Shown piece after piece: positions 32,201-42,503 of a stretch of 64,000 nt of DNA (positions are counted from its first letter, which is position 1; each line of letters opens with the position of its first letter). Both the position numbers and the translations under genes were made by a program. A model generated the notes under the pieces. It was not told the origin of the DNA, did no database searches, and saw only the letters and a list, made by a program, of their open reading frames with translations. The stretch is taken from contig CAWGMQ010000011.1 in the NCBI GenBank assembly GCA_963823665.1, positions 704,001 to 768,000 of the forward strand, given 5' to 3'. Source of the DNA: an uncultured Planctomycetota bacterium. GTDB lineage: Bacteria > Planctomycetota > Planctomycetia > Isosphaerales > Isosphaeraceae.

Positions 32201-33189
32201 AGATCTGGGACAGCGCGACCGGCAAGGAACTATTGGCCCTCAAGGTCCATGCCGGTAGCGTCACCAGCGTGGCGTTCAGCCCGGACGGCCAGCGCCTGGC
32301 GTCGACGAGCCTTGACCAGACGGTGAACATCTGGGACATGGCGACCGGCAAGGAGCTATTTGCCCTCAAGGGCCATGCCGGTTGGGTCAGGAGCGTGGCG
32401 TTCAGCCCGGACGGCCAGCGCCTGGCGTCGGCGGGCATTGATAAGACGGTAAGGATCTGGGACAGCGCCACCGGCAAGGAGCTATCCGCTCTCAAGGGCC
32501 ATGCCGGTGCGGTCGTGACTGTGGCGTTCAGCCCGGATGGCCGGCGCCTGGCATCCGGGAGCCAAGACGGCTCGATCAACCTTTGGGAGACAACGAGCGC
32601 CTCTCGCGAAATCCAGCAACGTCGGGCGACCAATCAAATGGTGGCCGATCTCTTCGGACAGATGCACCTGCGTGCCGACGTCCTGGAGCGGTTGCGAACT
32701 CTGCGCGGCATCAGTCTGTCCCGCAGGCAGAACGTCCTCGACGTCGCCCAGACGTACCCCGAAAATCCAATCCAGCTCAATGAGCTGGCCTGGGAATTGG
32801 TAAGGTTGCCCGGCCGCGACATGCCGGGCTACCAGAAGGCCCTACGCTTCATCGAGGAAGCCTGTCAACTCGAACCCAAGAACGGCTATTACTTGAACAC
32901 GCTGGGCGTGACTTATTATCGGCTCGGCAGTTATGAAAAAGCGCTGGACGCGCTCTCGCGCTCGGACAAGATCAACACTCTCCAAGACAATGGCTCACAC
33001 CCGCTGGACATCGCCTTCCTCGCCATGACGCACCATCAACTCGGCCACGCCACGGAAGCCCAGGCCGAGCTCCAGCGGCTGCGGGAGCGGATGAACGATT
33101 CGCGGTGGGCTCAGAATTCCGGAGCTCAAGGTTTCCTTCGCGAAGCGGAGGCACTGCTTGCAAAACCCAAGCCGCCCGGCAGCGAGTAG
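29272..33189 (+). CDS. Ser/Thr kinase - TM - 14 WD40 repeats - TPR
   Basis: GEGGMG, HRDVKPSN, DFGVAK, YMSPEQ; TM; 14 copies of GH...VAFSPDG...VKIWD; TPR tail. Confidence 0.95.
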   Translation: MPTTDREEALFAAILEKPTRAERAAYLEGACGADHPLRERIEALLAAHDASNGVLDAPPPVPTTTPPPLTEKPGTVIGPYKLLQQIGEGGMGVVYMAEQLEPVRRKVALKIIKPGMDSRQVIARFEAERQALAMMDHQNIARVLDAATTESGRPYFVMELVHGVPITRFCDDNKLTTRERLALFVPVCQAIQHAHQKGVIHRDVKPSNVLVTMYDDKPVPKVIDFGVAKAIEQRLTEKTMFTHYGALVGTFEYMSPEQAEMNAFGVDTRSDIYSLGVLLYELLTGTTPLERTRLREAALDEMVRLIREEEAPRPSLRLSSSGDLPRIAAARKTEPARLSKLVRGDIDWIVMKCLEKDRSRRYETANGVARDLERYLADEPVEACPPSSSYRLRKFTRKHKKAIATTAAFAALLVAGVVMSTLMAVWANRQRMASEVARQEANQQRRAAEAAKQQALDARAEADRQRDEARLTAYASGMGLAQRAWEESNVVRARELLEEVPREATGRTLRGFEWFYLSRLCHPDELTLSGHSGLVMSVAFSGDGQRVASGSTDHTVKIWDSATGKELFDLKGHSGAVWSVAFSGDGQRVASGSTDQTVRIWDSATGKELFALKGHTGEVPSVAFSPDGQRVASASRDQTAKIWDIATGKELFALKGHVHWVLSVAFSPDGQRLASTSSDKTVKIWDSATGKELFTLEGDAVWLGSVAFSPDGQRLASTGPDPTVKIWDSATGKELLALKGHAGSVTSVAFSPDGQRVASGSMDQSVRIWDNATGKELFALKGHAGWVRSVAFSPDGQRLASGSDDQTVKIWDCATGREFFAVKGHPRWVASVAFSPDGQRLASASHDRTVKIWDCATGDELVALRGHDSDVTSVAFSPDGQRLASGSWDKTLRIWDSATGKERFALKGHAGAVLTVAFSPDGQRLASGSEDKTVKIWDCATGKEMFPLTGHAGWVACVAFSPDGQRLASASGDQTVKIWDSATGKELLALKVHAGSVTSVAFSPDGQRLASTSLDQTVNIWDMATGKELFALKGHAGWVRSVAFSPDGQRLASAGIDKTVRIWDSATGKELSALKGHAGAVVTVAFSPDGRRLASGSQDGSINLWETTSASREIQQRRATNQMVADLFGQMHLRADVLERLRTLRGISLSRRQNVLDVAQTYPENPIQLNELAWELVRLPGRDMPGYQKALRFIEEACQLEPKNGYYLNTLGVTYYRLGSYEKALDALSRSDKINTLQDNGSHPLDIAFLAMTHHQLGHATEAQAELQRLRERMNDSRWAQNSGAQGFLREAEALLAKPKPPGSE
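30859..32589 (+). repeat. 14 x 126-bp WD40 tandem array with high internal DNA identity
   Basis: recurring agcgtggcgttcagcccggacggccagcgc and gtgaagatctggga. Confidence 0.9.
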
Positions 33190-33399
33190 ACGGTTGTGGG
33201 CGGCCTGAGTAACGTCTCGAGCGCTTCCGAGTGGAATCAGTCCAAGTCTCCGCAAAGCACCAAAGGATTCTGATAGCGCATCCGGGTCGTAGCGGTCCGT
33301 TACACAGCCGCCTGCTTCGGCAGGTCAGCCGAGCTGCTCCGGAACGCCTGCGAAGATTAATCTGGACTCTCTTGCGACCAGGGTACATCATCTGCAGAA

Positions 33400-35031
33400 A
33401 TGGAACAAATGACGAAATCGACCACAGCTCTGATCGGTTTCCTGATCGGATGCTTCGGTCCCGCGCTTACAGCCGTCGCGGACGATCGGCCGAATATCGT
33501 CGTCGTGCTCGTCGACGACATGGGATTCTCCGACATCGGCCCCTACGGCGGCGAGGTCCCGACGCCCAATCTCGACCGGCTTGCCGCTCGCGGAGTTCGT
33601 TTCACGCAGGCTTACAACGCGGCGCGGTGCAGCCCCACGCGGGCGTCGCTGTTGACGGGCCTCTATCCGCACCAGGCCGGAATGGGCTGGCTCGATGATC
33701 GGGTCGAGGCGAATTCGAAAGGCATTCGCGGCCGCCTCCTGCCCAGAGCGGTGACGATCGCCGAAGTCCTCCGCGACGCCGGCTACTTCACGGCGATGAC
33801 GGGCAAGTGGCACCTCGGTCAACAGCACGGTTGCACTCCCTGGAACCGAGGCTTCGATCGCTCGCTGAATTCGCGATTCGGCGAGGTCTACTTCCCCAGC
33901 GAGTCGGACAGGCCGGGCACGGCGACTCTCTACCTCGACGGCAAGGAGCTTCCCAAGGATTCGCCCATCTTCGGCAACGACTGGTACTCGACCGACCTCT
34001 TCACGGAGTGGGGTCTGAAAGTCGTTGACCAGGCGCGAGCGGAGAACAAGCCCTTCTTTCTCTACATCGCGCAAGGCGCTCTGCATTTTCCGCTTCGTGC
34101 GCCGGCGGAGACCATCGCGAAATATCGAGGCCGATACCTGAAAGGCTGGGACGTGCTCCGCGACCAGCGTTACGCGAAACAGCTTGCGCTGAGGGTGATC
34201 GACCCGAACTGGACGCTCGCCCCGCGCCCGCCGGAGGTGCCGGCCTGGGAGTCGCGGGCCGTCGAGCGGCAGAAGCGCTTCGACGAGATCATGGCGGTTT
34301 ACGCCGCGATGATCGAACGGATCGACATGGCCATGGGCACCCTGGTTGACGGACTGGAGCGCCGGAAAGTTCTGGATAACACGCTGATCCTATTCCTGAG
34401 CGACAACGGCGGCAATGCGGAGGGCGGTCCGCCGGGCGTCACGCGGGGCGACGGGCCGATCGGCGGGCCGCAATCGTACGTACTGCTCGGGATGAATTGG
34501 GCGACACTGGCGAACACCCCGTTTCGTCGCTTTAAGCACTTCACTCACGAGGGAGGCATCAGCACGCCGCTCATCGCTCATTGGCCGGCAGGCATTCCGG
34601 CGGAGCGCCGTGGCGCCCTCGAGAATCAGCCTGTGCACCTGATCGACGTCATGGCGACCGCCGTCGATCTCGCCGGCACCTCGTACCCTCGTGAGTTCCG
34701 CGGCAATGCCATCGAGCCGATGCAGGGTGTCAGCCTTCGGCCCGCATTCCTTGGAAAGCCGCTGGCCCGCACAGAGCCGATCTTCTGGGAGCACGAGGGA
34801 AACAAAGCGGTGCGCGACGGGAAATGGAAGCTGGTCCTCCGTCACCGACAGTCCTGGCAGCTTTTCGACATGGAGGCCGACCGAACCGAACAACACGATC
34901 TGGCGCAGCAACAGCCGGAGCGAATCACCAAGCTCGAAGCCGCCTGGAACGCCTGGGCTCGGCGAACCTTCGTTGACGACTGGCCCGGTCCTGATCATAC
35001 AGAATGGGGAGATGACATCAAACCACGCTAG
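33400..35031 (+). CDS. arylsulfatase (Cys-type)
   Basis: DDMG, CSPTRASLLTG, GKWHLG, SDNG; signal peptide. Confidence 0.93.
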   Translation: MEQMTKSTTALIGFLIGCFGPALTAVADDRPNIVVVLVDDMGFSDIGPYGGEVPTPNLDRLAARGVRFTQAYNAARCSPTRASLLTGLYPHQAGMGWLDDRVEANSKGIRGRLLPRAVTIAEVLRDAGYFTAMTGKWHLGQQHGCTPWNRGFDRSLNSRFGEVYFPSESDRPGTATLYLDGKELPKDSPIFGNDWYSTDLFTEWGLKVVDQARAENKPFFLYIAQGALHFPLRAPAETIAKYRGRYLKGWDVLRDQRYAKQLALRVIDPNWTLAPRPPEVPAWESRAVERQKRFDEIMAVYAAMIERIDMAMGTLVDGLERRKVLDNTLILFLSDNGGNAEGGPPGVTRGDGPIGGPQSYVLLGMNWATLANTPFRRFKHFTHEGGISTPLIAHWPAGIPAERRGALENQPVHLIDVMATAVDLAGTSYPREFRGNAIEPMQGVSLRPAFLGKPLARTEPIFWEHEGNKAVRDGKWKLVLRHRQSWQLFDMEADRTEQHDLAQQQPERITKLEAAWNAWARRTFVDDWPGPDHTEWGDDIKPR

Positions 35032-35038
35032 CTTGTGC

Positions 35039-35461
35039 TCACCTGTGCGTCAGCCTGTTCATTTCTTCGTCGTCCGCGCCGAACCAGCAGAGTGCCTCGC
35101 TGATGGCCGTCAACAGGCTGAGGAACTCGATGGCCGCCTTGGGCCATCGCCTGGCATCTTTGGGAAACGTGTCCAACCACTCGTTGATCTCGCCACTGCG
35201 AGGAGCCACTGCGCGGGCAAAGGCCCGGATGTCCTCCTCGGGCGTCTTCTCGAAGTAGTCGCGCCGCGTGATGTCGCACGAGATGGCCCATCGTTCCACA
35301 TTCGGGATCAGGTCCCGCAGGTGTGGCGGCACCTCTTCCGGATTGACGACGATCCTCGGACGGTTCTCGGCATACCAGCCATATTTCCGTTGCATCTCGT
35401 CGCCAGGTCCGACGTCAAACTCGTGTCGTCCTTCGCCGTTGATCACCCGTTCCCTCCGCAT
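35039..35461 (-). CDS. hypothetical protein
   Basis: 140 aa with protein-like composition (VPPHLRDLIPNVERWAI...EINEWLD); downstream of the sigma gene. Confidence 0.55.
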   Translation of the reverse strand: MRRERVINGEGRHEFDVGPGDEMQRKYGWYAENRPRIVVNPEEVPPHLRDLIPNVERWAISCDITRRDYFEKTPEEDIRAFARAVAPRSGEINEWLDTFPKDARRWPKAAIEFLSLLTAISEALCWFGADDEEMNRLTHR

Positions 35462-35504
35462 AGAGGACCTGCCGATTGCCTGGCTCGCGCAACGCCGTCT
35501 GATT

Positions 35505-36791
35505 TTAACTCGCCCCACCGCCACCCGCCAACCGCGCCGCCTGCATGAGAAGATACGCGCGCTCGGCAAGGTTCCCGGTCCTCGCTCCGGCCCTCCGATA
35601 GTGCCGCGCCGCGTCGTCCCGGTCACCGGCCAGTTCCAGCAGATGTGCTCGAACCGCGTCCAGCCGGTGATGTTCCGCGACACGTGTGTCCGCGCTGAGT
35701 GCATCCAGCAATTCCAGCCCATGCGCCGCGCCGTGCACCATCGCCGCAGCAATCGCGTGATTCAACCGCACCATCGGGTTGTCAGTCATCCTCAGCAGAA
35801 GACTGTAGAGCGCCAGAATCTGCGGCCAATCGGTATCCTCCACCCGTGCCGCTTCATCGTGAACGGCAGCGATGGCGGCCTGCAACTGATACGGGCCAAC
35901 CGAACCTTTGGGCAACGTCGCCGAGAGCAGCGAGATTCCCTCCGCGATTTGCTGGCTGTCCCAGAGCGCTCGATCCTGCTGCGCCAGCGGGATCAGCTCG
36001 CCGCTGGCCCCCGTTCGCGCCAGGCGGCGAGCATCCGTCAACAACATGAGCGCGAGCAATCCGGCGACTTCCGTATCGCCCGGTTGTAGATCGTGGAGCA
36101 GCCGAGCCAGGCGGATTGCCTCGTGCGACAGATCGCCTCGGCGAAGCTCGCTCCCAGCCGTGCTTGTATAACCCTCGTTGAAAATGAGGTACAGGATGTG
36201 CAGCATGGCGCGGAGACGTTGCCCTCGCTGCTCCGCAGTGGGAAGCTCGAACGGAAGCTCGGAGCGCTCTATCGTTTGCTTCGCCCGGCTGATTCGCTGG
36301 GCCATCGTGGCCTCGGGTACGAAGAACGCCTTGGCGATCTCCGCCGTGGTCAAGCCGCCCACGGCTCGCAAGGTCAGCGCGATCGCCGACGCAGCGCTCA
36401 AGGCCGGATGGCAGCACATGAATAGCAGCACCAGCGTGTCATCCTCTTGGGGTGCCGATGAGTCGTACGCCGGCTCTGACAGGTGAGCCGCTTGCACGGC
36501 AAAATCGCACTCGCGTCGCCGGCGTGCCGAGTCGCTTCGAACCTGATCGGCCATCGACCGGAACGAAACCTGGGTGAGCCAGGCGTGGGGATTCTCCGGT
36601 ACGCCTTCCCTCGGCCACTGCACCGCTGCCGCCAGCGCCGCCTCCTGAACGGCGTCTTCAGCACCGGGGAAATCGTGGAATCTTCGGACAACCGTCGCGA
36701 GCACCTTCGGGATCAACGTTCGTAACAGATCCTCGATCGTAATGACCGACGGTTGTCCCGCTGTCGAAGCATTTGGCGGTGTCATGCTCAT
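35505..36791 (-). CDS. ECF42-type sigma factor with C-terminal TPR/DUF6596 extension
   Basis: AEDAVQEA, LFMCCHPAL, TMAQRISRAK, LYLIFNEGY, GPYQLQAAIAAVH, TDWPQI. Confidence 0.9.
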   Translation of the reverse strand: MSMTPPNASTAGQPSVITIEDLLRTLIPKVLATVVRRFHDFPGAEDAVQEAALAAAVQWPREGVPENPHAWLTQVSFRSMADQVRSDSARRRRECDFAVQAAHLSEPAYDSSAPQEDDTLVLLFMCCHPALSAASAIALTLRAVGGLTTAEIAKAFFVPEATMAQRISRAKQTIERSELPFELPTAEQRGQRLRAMLHILYLIFNEGYTSTAGSELRRGDLSHEAIRLARLLHDLQPGDTEVAGLLALMLLTDARRLARTGASGELIPLAQQDRALWDSQQIAEGISLLSATLPKGSVGPYQLQAAIAAVHDEAARVEDTDWPQILALYSLLLRMTDNPMVRLNHAIAAAMVHGAAHGLELLDALSADTRVAEHHRLDAVRAHLLELAGDRDDAARHYRRAGARTGNLAERAYLLMQAARLAGGGGAS

Positions 36792-36804
36792 CAGAAGCTC
36801 CCGT

Positions 36805-37527
36805 TCAAATGTGCAAAGCCGAACGATGGCTTGCTGGCGCTCCCGCCGAGAGACCATCGGGACAACCCTTGCCGTCGCTGTTGTGACCTCGCAGTCGGAT
36901 CGCACGCCACGCAACAAACATCACCCAGGTGCAGTAGTTCACGATCAAAATCCTGTTGGGCCACCCGATCGGCACTCTGGGTACGCCAGGCTTGGGACGC
37001 AGAGTAAAGAAAGCGGCGACCATCAAGGCCAGGCTTACCCATGTTAGACAAGCGATCGCAAGCATCGCGTGTCGTGAAGACCGCCATGGTTGCGTGCGAC
37101 CGAGACTCACGCTGATCAGCATCGCAGCGATCGGCAGAGTGGGAATACCAAGGGCTCCCGCCAGATTGTGAGGCACGGGCCGCGTCAGATCAAATACGGA
37201 AGCCATGGCTTGCCCCAAGCCGGCAACAACGAGAAAGGCCAACCCGATCTGACCGCCACGCGTCGTGACGTGCGACCGTATCGCGAAGGCCAGCCCCCAG
37301 GAGCTTGTAGCCCAGGCAAGAAACATCACTGAAAGTGCCCACCCATGACGTCCCAGAGCATATTCACTCACGACACGCCACGTCGGATCAAACTCGGGGC
37401 TGAGCACATGCAAACCCACCAGACAGACAACTGTTGTCACGGACGCAGTTAGCGAGAGAACCGCTGCCCAGGCTGCGATCGTGCGCCGGTCTCCCTTGGA
37501 ACCGGCCTCGTTTGCGAATGTGTGCAT
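36805..37527 (-). CDS. DUF998 membrane protein
   Basis: LHVLSPEFDPTWRVVSEYALG; about 6 TM segments; start overlaps the YCII stop. Confidence 0.75.
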   Translation of the reverse strand: MHTFANEAGSKGDRRTIAAWAAVLSLTASVTTVVCLVGLHVLSPEFDPTWRVVSEYALGRHGWALSVMFLAWATSSWGLAFAIRSHVTTRGGQIGLAFLVVAGLGQAMASVFDLTRPVPHNLAGALGIPTLPIAAMLISVSLGRTQPWRSSRHAMLAIACLTWVSLALMVAAFFTLRPKPGVPRVPIGWPNRILIVNYCTWVMFVAWRAIRLRGHNSDGKGCPDGLSAGAPASHRSALHI

Positions 37528-37922
37528 CACAGCCACTCCTTTGGTGCCGTGGCCAGGACTTCCCTCACCTCGATGGGCATGCTTCCAGTCGTGCCCCCCG
37601 GACCGGGTGCCGCCGAAGCCCGCGCGGCGATGCTGTACGCCTCCTCCGCGGTCTCCACGTCGATAATCCAGAAACCAGCGAGAAACTCCTTGGCTTCGGG
37701 GAAAACCCCATCCGTGACAGGCTCGCCGTTGCGGCCTGAACGAACAACCTTGGCTTGATCGGGCGACGCCAGGCCATGAGTCGCCACGAACACTCCCGCC
37801 TCCTTGAGCTCCTCTGTAAACGCACGCATGAAAGTCATGTTCGCCAGCATGTCCTCCTTGGGCCATTTGAAGAAAGCGTCCCAATCGGCCTTCGTACCAT
37901 GCATCATCAGAATGTACTTCAT
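37527..37922 (-). CDS. YCII/DGPF family protein
   Basis: MKYILMM...VTDGVFPEAKEFLAGFWII...IEVR. Confidence 0.9.
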   Translation of the reverse strand: MKYILMMHGTKADWDAFFKWPKEDMLANMTFMRAFTEELKEAGVFVATHGLASPDQAKVVRSGRNGEPVTDGVFPEAKEFLAGFWIIDVETAEEAYSIAARASAAPGPGGTTGSMPIEVREVLATAPKEWL

Positions 37923-38145
37923 GGCTCCGGGTCCTTTGTATTCTGGGCTCGAAAAATTCCTGGTTACCGTGATGGAGTCGGATCCGATTCCAGGTTCTCG
38001 ACATCGCTGGAAGTTTTTTTCTCGGGGTGCCTTCGTGCGGACGAACGTTCGCGGCCCCACACGAGCGCGACGAGGGCCGCCACGAATCCGACGATGAGAC
38101 CGGTGATGCGCGGGCCGCACCCCACGCGCCCGACCTCGCTAAAGC

Positions 38146-41030
38146 TCAATGTTTGGCATCGCCCGCTGGAGCTTGCAGCTCTTTGATAATTCGCTGAAAG
38201 TCCGGCTTGGAGCGGATGCCGTCGAGGTCCGGATCGACCTTCAGCCGTTCGACGTCCCGCCACCCGCCCTGGCTGCCGCGTCGAATGGCGGCGATAGCTT
38301 CATCGGCGTAGGTGCGCGCGCGCACGGGATCGAGCTTCTCTGCGGCGCCGGCGCAAATCGCCAGGCCGCACGCGACCTCGACGTACGTCCCGGCCGCATT
38401 CGCCGGCAGACTCTTGATCGTGCTGCGGGCGATTAGAGCAGCCTCGACGTGCTCCCCGCACCGAGCCAGCGCCAGCATCAAATTGATCCGCGCAGTTCGC
38501 GCTTTCGGATCACGGGCCAGCTCCCGGCGCATGTCGCGGCACAGGCGGTACGACTGCATCGACGCGTCGTTCTCGCCGAGCCGAAGCAGCGCCGTCGCGA
38601 GGTAGTAGTGGGCAGTCGCCACGTCGCTGCGGTAGATGGCGCTCTCTGGGTCGCGCGGCAGGAGCGCAGAGAAGCCGTCGACGGCTTTCTGGTAGTAGTT
38701 GCGGGCGGTCTTCGGGTCGTTGAGCTGGAGCAAGGCGATGTGCCCGAAATCCTCGTACGACCGATAGATGTCGCGCAGGTTTGGCACGTTATCCGGCCCG
38801 TCCGCGGCGAGCGCCTGCCGAATCTCGAAAGAGCGTTGGAAGTGCTGGCGTGCCCGGTCAAGATCCCCCTGGCTCAAGCAGATGTGGCCCAGTTTTTCGT
38901 GCAGGCCCGAAAGCTCCCGCCGCACCTCGAAGAGGCTGCGCACCGGCTCGGGGATCGATTCGCGCACCCGCACCTCCTCGTCGAAATACGTTCGGGCCTC
39001 GGCCGTCCGGCCTCGGCGCAGCACGGTCGTGCCCAGCGCCCCAGCGCATTCGCGACACTGCGAAGTCGGCCGCCATCCTCCGGAGCCTTCGCCAGCAGAT
39101 CGCGGTACAGTCGCAGTGACTTCTGGAAGTTGCCCTCGGCCGCCTCCATGTTGCCGAGTGAGTAGAGCTGGTAGTGGCCCAGCGCGCCCTTGCCGATCGC
39201 GAGGGTCAAGAGGAAATTGTCGTCCTCCGCGCCGTATCTGGTCGCCAGGCTTTCCAGGATGCGATCCATCTCGGCGAACGGTTTTGCCGCCTCCGAGACT
39301 CGGCCGATCGAGACCAGCGTCTCGGCTGCCTGCTTGTAGATGCCAGCCATCGCTCGATCGATCACTCGGGTGTTTTTCTCGTCGGCGCGCACTGCCTCAT
39401 ACAGCGGCTTCATCTGCTGAAGCGAGTCTTCCAGGCCCCGCTTGACCTGCTCGAGCAGGCGGAGCTGGACCTGCTCCGTGCCGGGAATGCCCTGCAGGTC
39501 CTCGGACGAAGTCCTGCCAAAGCTGCGCCACGCGTTGATCGTCTCCATGTTCTGGTCCAGTGCCTTGGCGAGGTTGGCACGAGCCTCTTCCGTCTTCTGC
39601 TCTGCAATCTTTCGGGCGGCAAGCGCGGCTTCCTTCTGAGTCTCCGCGACGCCTTGCGCCTCACGGGCGGCGCGCTCAGCGCGCTCAGCGGCGATTCGTC
39701 GTTCATCCGCGACGCGCTTCGCCTCGGATTCACTCGCGAGTGATGAATTCAGGCGCGCGTTCTTGTCGCCCAGAATCCTGGCCGAAATGGCGAGCGTGGC
39801 TATGATGGTGATGAGCAGCAGCATAACCACGGCGATCGCCGCCGCATCGCGCGGGTGCCGCCAGGCCCAGCGCCAGAGGCGTTCGGGGGCCGAGACGGGT
39901 CGCGCCAGAATCGGCGCGCCTTCGAGGAACCGGCGCAGGTCGTCGGCCAGGGCACCGGCGTCGGGATAACGTCGTGCGGGTTCCTTCTGAAGGCACTTCA
40001 GGCAGACGGTTTCAAGGTCGCGGGGAACCTTGGGCTGAAGCTGTGAGGGAGGCAGAGGCTCGCGGTTGCGAACAAGGTCGAGGGTCTCGAACATCGTCGT
40101 CCCCTGGTGAGGGGGGCGGCCGGTGAGCATGACATAAAGGATGGCACCCAGAGAGTAGAGATCGGCGGCCGGCCCCGCCTCGTGAGTCAGGCCGTGCGCC
40201 TGCTCAGGCGCCATGAAACTCGGAGTGCCCAGGATCGAGCCGCTGCGGGTCTGCCCCGAGTCGGTCTCCAGGCGACGGGCCAGGCCGAAGTCGGTGATCT
40301 TCGGCCGGCCGGCGGAGGTCAAGAGCACATTGGCCGGCTTGAGGTCTCGGTGGACGATCCCCCGCGCGTGCGCCGCTTGCATGGCGCGGGCGAGGGCTTC
40401 CGCGATCTCAGCGGCCCACCTCGGGTCCTGCGGCCTGCCGCCCAGCCGCGCGTCGAGCGAGCCGCCGTCGACGTATTCGAGGGAAAAGTAGGGGAGGCTG
40501 TTCGTCTCGCCGATATCGAAGATCTGAATGATGTCGGGATTTTGAAGCGTGGCGACAGCCCGCGCCTCGGTGAGAAATCGCGCCACCTGCTCGGGGCCGG
40601 CATGCGAGCCGGCCAGGATCACCTTGAGCGCGACGATGCGGTTGAGCAGCGTGTGCTCGGCCTTGTAAACCACGCCCATGCCGCCGCGACCAAGTTCGCC
40701 GAGGATGCGATAGTTAGGAATGTTGATATGCCCGAAATCCGGGTCGAATTCCCCAGTCTCCGGATTGCAGGGCAGCGTATCGCGGCCCGATTCAGGGCCT
40801 GCGGCGACGGTCGGCGAGTCCGGATCGAGCTCGGTCTCGGCGCCTGCCGTGACGCCGAGCGTGGCGTCGGGGTCGTTGACGTCAAGTGACGCCTCGCATG
40901 GAGCACCCGTGGCCTCAAGCGCGCGTGCGAAGCCAGTGGTGGCGGCCGGCGAGGGAGACGCCGCGGTCGGGCCCACGGAAGACGGAGCGGCGGTCTCCTT
41001 GTCGTTCGCAAAGTTCTGCGGGTCGTCCAT
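38146..41030 (-). CDS. Ser/Thr kinase - TM - TPR; frameshift near 39035
   Basis: GRGGMG, HRDLKPAN, DFGLAR, FMAPEQ; TM; TPRs; DPDLDGIRSKPDF. Confidence 0.9.
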
Positions 41031-41048
41031 CGCGGCCTCTTAGTGAGA

Positions 41049-42267
41049 TCAAAAGTAAGACAGCCATCCGCCAGGATGCCGCGCCCTGACCCCGGCGAAC
41101 CAGCGGCACGGGACGTATAGCACGGCGACCATCACGGCCCAGGCGATGTAGATCCCCGGGAGGCTCAGCTCCCAGCCCGCCGGAGGCTTGTCTAGCGCTG
41201 CCGGCGAGAACATCCACGCGACCGGCAATCCCCGCACCAGAGCCAGAAGCACGGCAAGCCCGTGGATCACGTACCATTGCAAGAGGTAATACAACAGCGG
41301 CACGCGCCCCAGCGTCACGACGGCACGGCCGAGCGGGCCGCGGATGCCCACCCGATCGATCACCGCCAGGGCCGCGATCGCCGGGCCAAGCGTCATCAGC
41401 ACGTACAGCAAAGACGGTGGTTGTTTCGTGCAGTTGATGAACGAGAGCGCCGTCAGCAGCGGAGTCGCCTCCGCCGTCCACGGGCTCGGTTCGCCATACC
41501 CGCCCCACGCCCGCAGAACCAGGAACGCCGCGGTCATGCCGCCGCCCGTGATCCTCATCACCCGCCGCCTGAGGCCTGGCTCGAGCCGGATGACCTCGCC
41601 GAAGCCATACCCCGCGGCGACCACCCCCAGCCAGGGAAGGAGCGGGTAGGCGACAACCACGGTCACGCCATCCGGCAGCGGCAACAATCCCCGTTGCAGC
41701 AGGAGCGCCACGGCCGCTCGCAACGCGGCGGGGCTCTCGGAACCCGGCGATAAGTCGCCGGCCAGGCCGTGCGTCGCGATGAGCAGCACCCCGATCGCCC
41801 CAACCACCCGGCTCGGAAGGAAGATCAGCCCGGCCAGCACCACGAATGAGGCCCCGATGGACCATAGAACGGTCAAGATCACCGGGGCGTTCACCGGGTC
41901 GAAAAACAGGCCGAGTCGGACGACCGTCACTTCGAGGAAGATCAACCATAGCCCGCGCGAAATGAGAAACACCGCAAGCTCGCCCCGCGACCGGCCCCGG
42001 GAGCCCATCGGATAGGCGCCTGTCCCCGCGAGGAAGGCAAACACCGGCGCAGAAGTGTGTGACCCATCGTGTCATGAAGAGCGCCGGACTCGCAAGCGAC
42101 AGGTCTGTGGGGTTGATCGACGCGTTGCCGAAATAGTCGCGGGTGTGATCGAGCACCATCAAGATCATCACGGCCCCGCGCAAGAAATCGACGGCGTCCA
42201 CACGTCGGGCCGCCCGCGCCTTGATGGCGTTTGCGTCGTCCGGTGGCTCGCCCGGCTCAATCGACAT
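41049..42267 (-). CDS. DUF1624 / HGSNAT-like membrane protein; frameshift near 42045
   Basis: DFLRGAVMILMVLDHTRD, TRWVTHFCA, YPLLPWLG, KQPPSL. Confidence 0.85.
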
Positions 42268-42503
42268 CGCAATCCTCCTTTCCGCCAATCAAGCTGGATC
42301 GTTGCACGGACCATTCCGAGGGTACCACTCTCGCGGGGACGACCATGACCAGGAGATTCGCCGCGGTCTGGCGATTCCCGACGCGGCCTCGTGCGGCGGA
42401 ATATAAGATTCTCGTGATGCTACCCAAACATCGCGGCGCCGGCCAGCGGCGCGACCTTCTCGCGTGCCGTCGCCGACGGGGCCGGAATGGTCCTTCCGCT
42501 CGT

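Noticed and set aside
36805..38004. 399-aa ORF
   Set aside because: The N-terminal part is an off-frame reading of the YCII gene; the real start is 37527.
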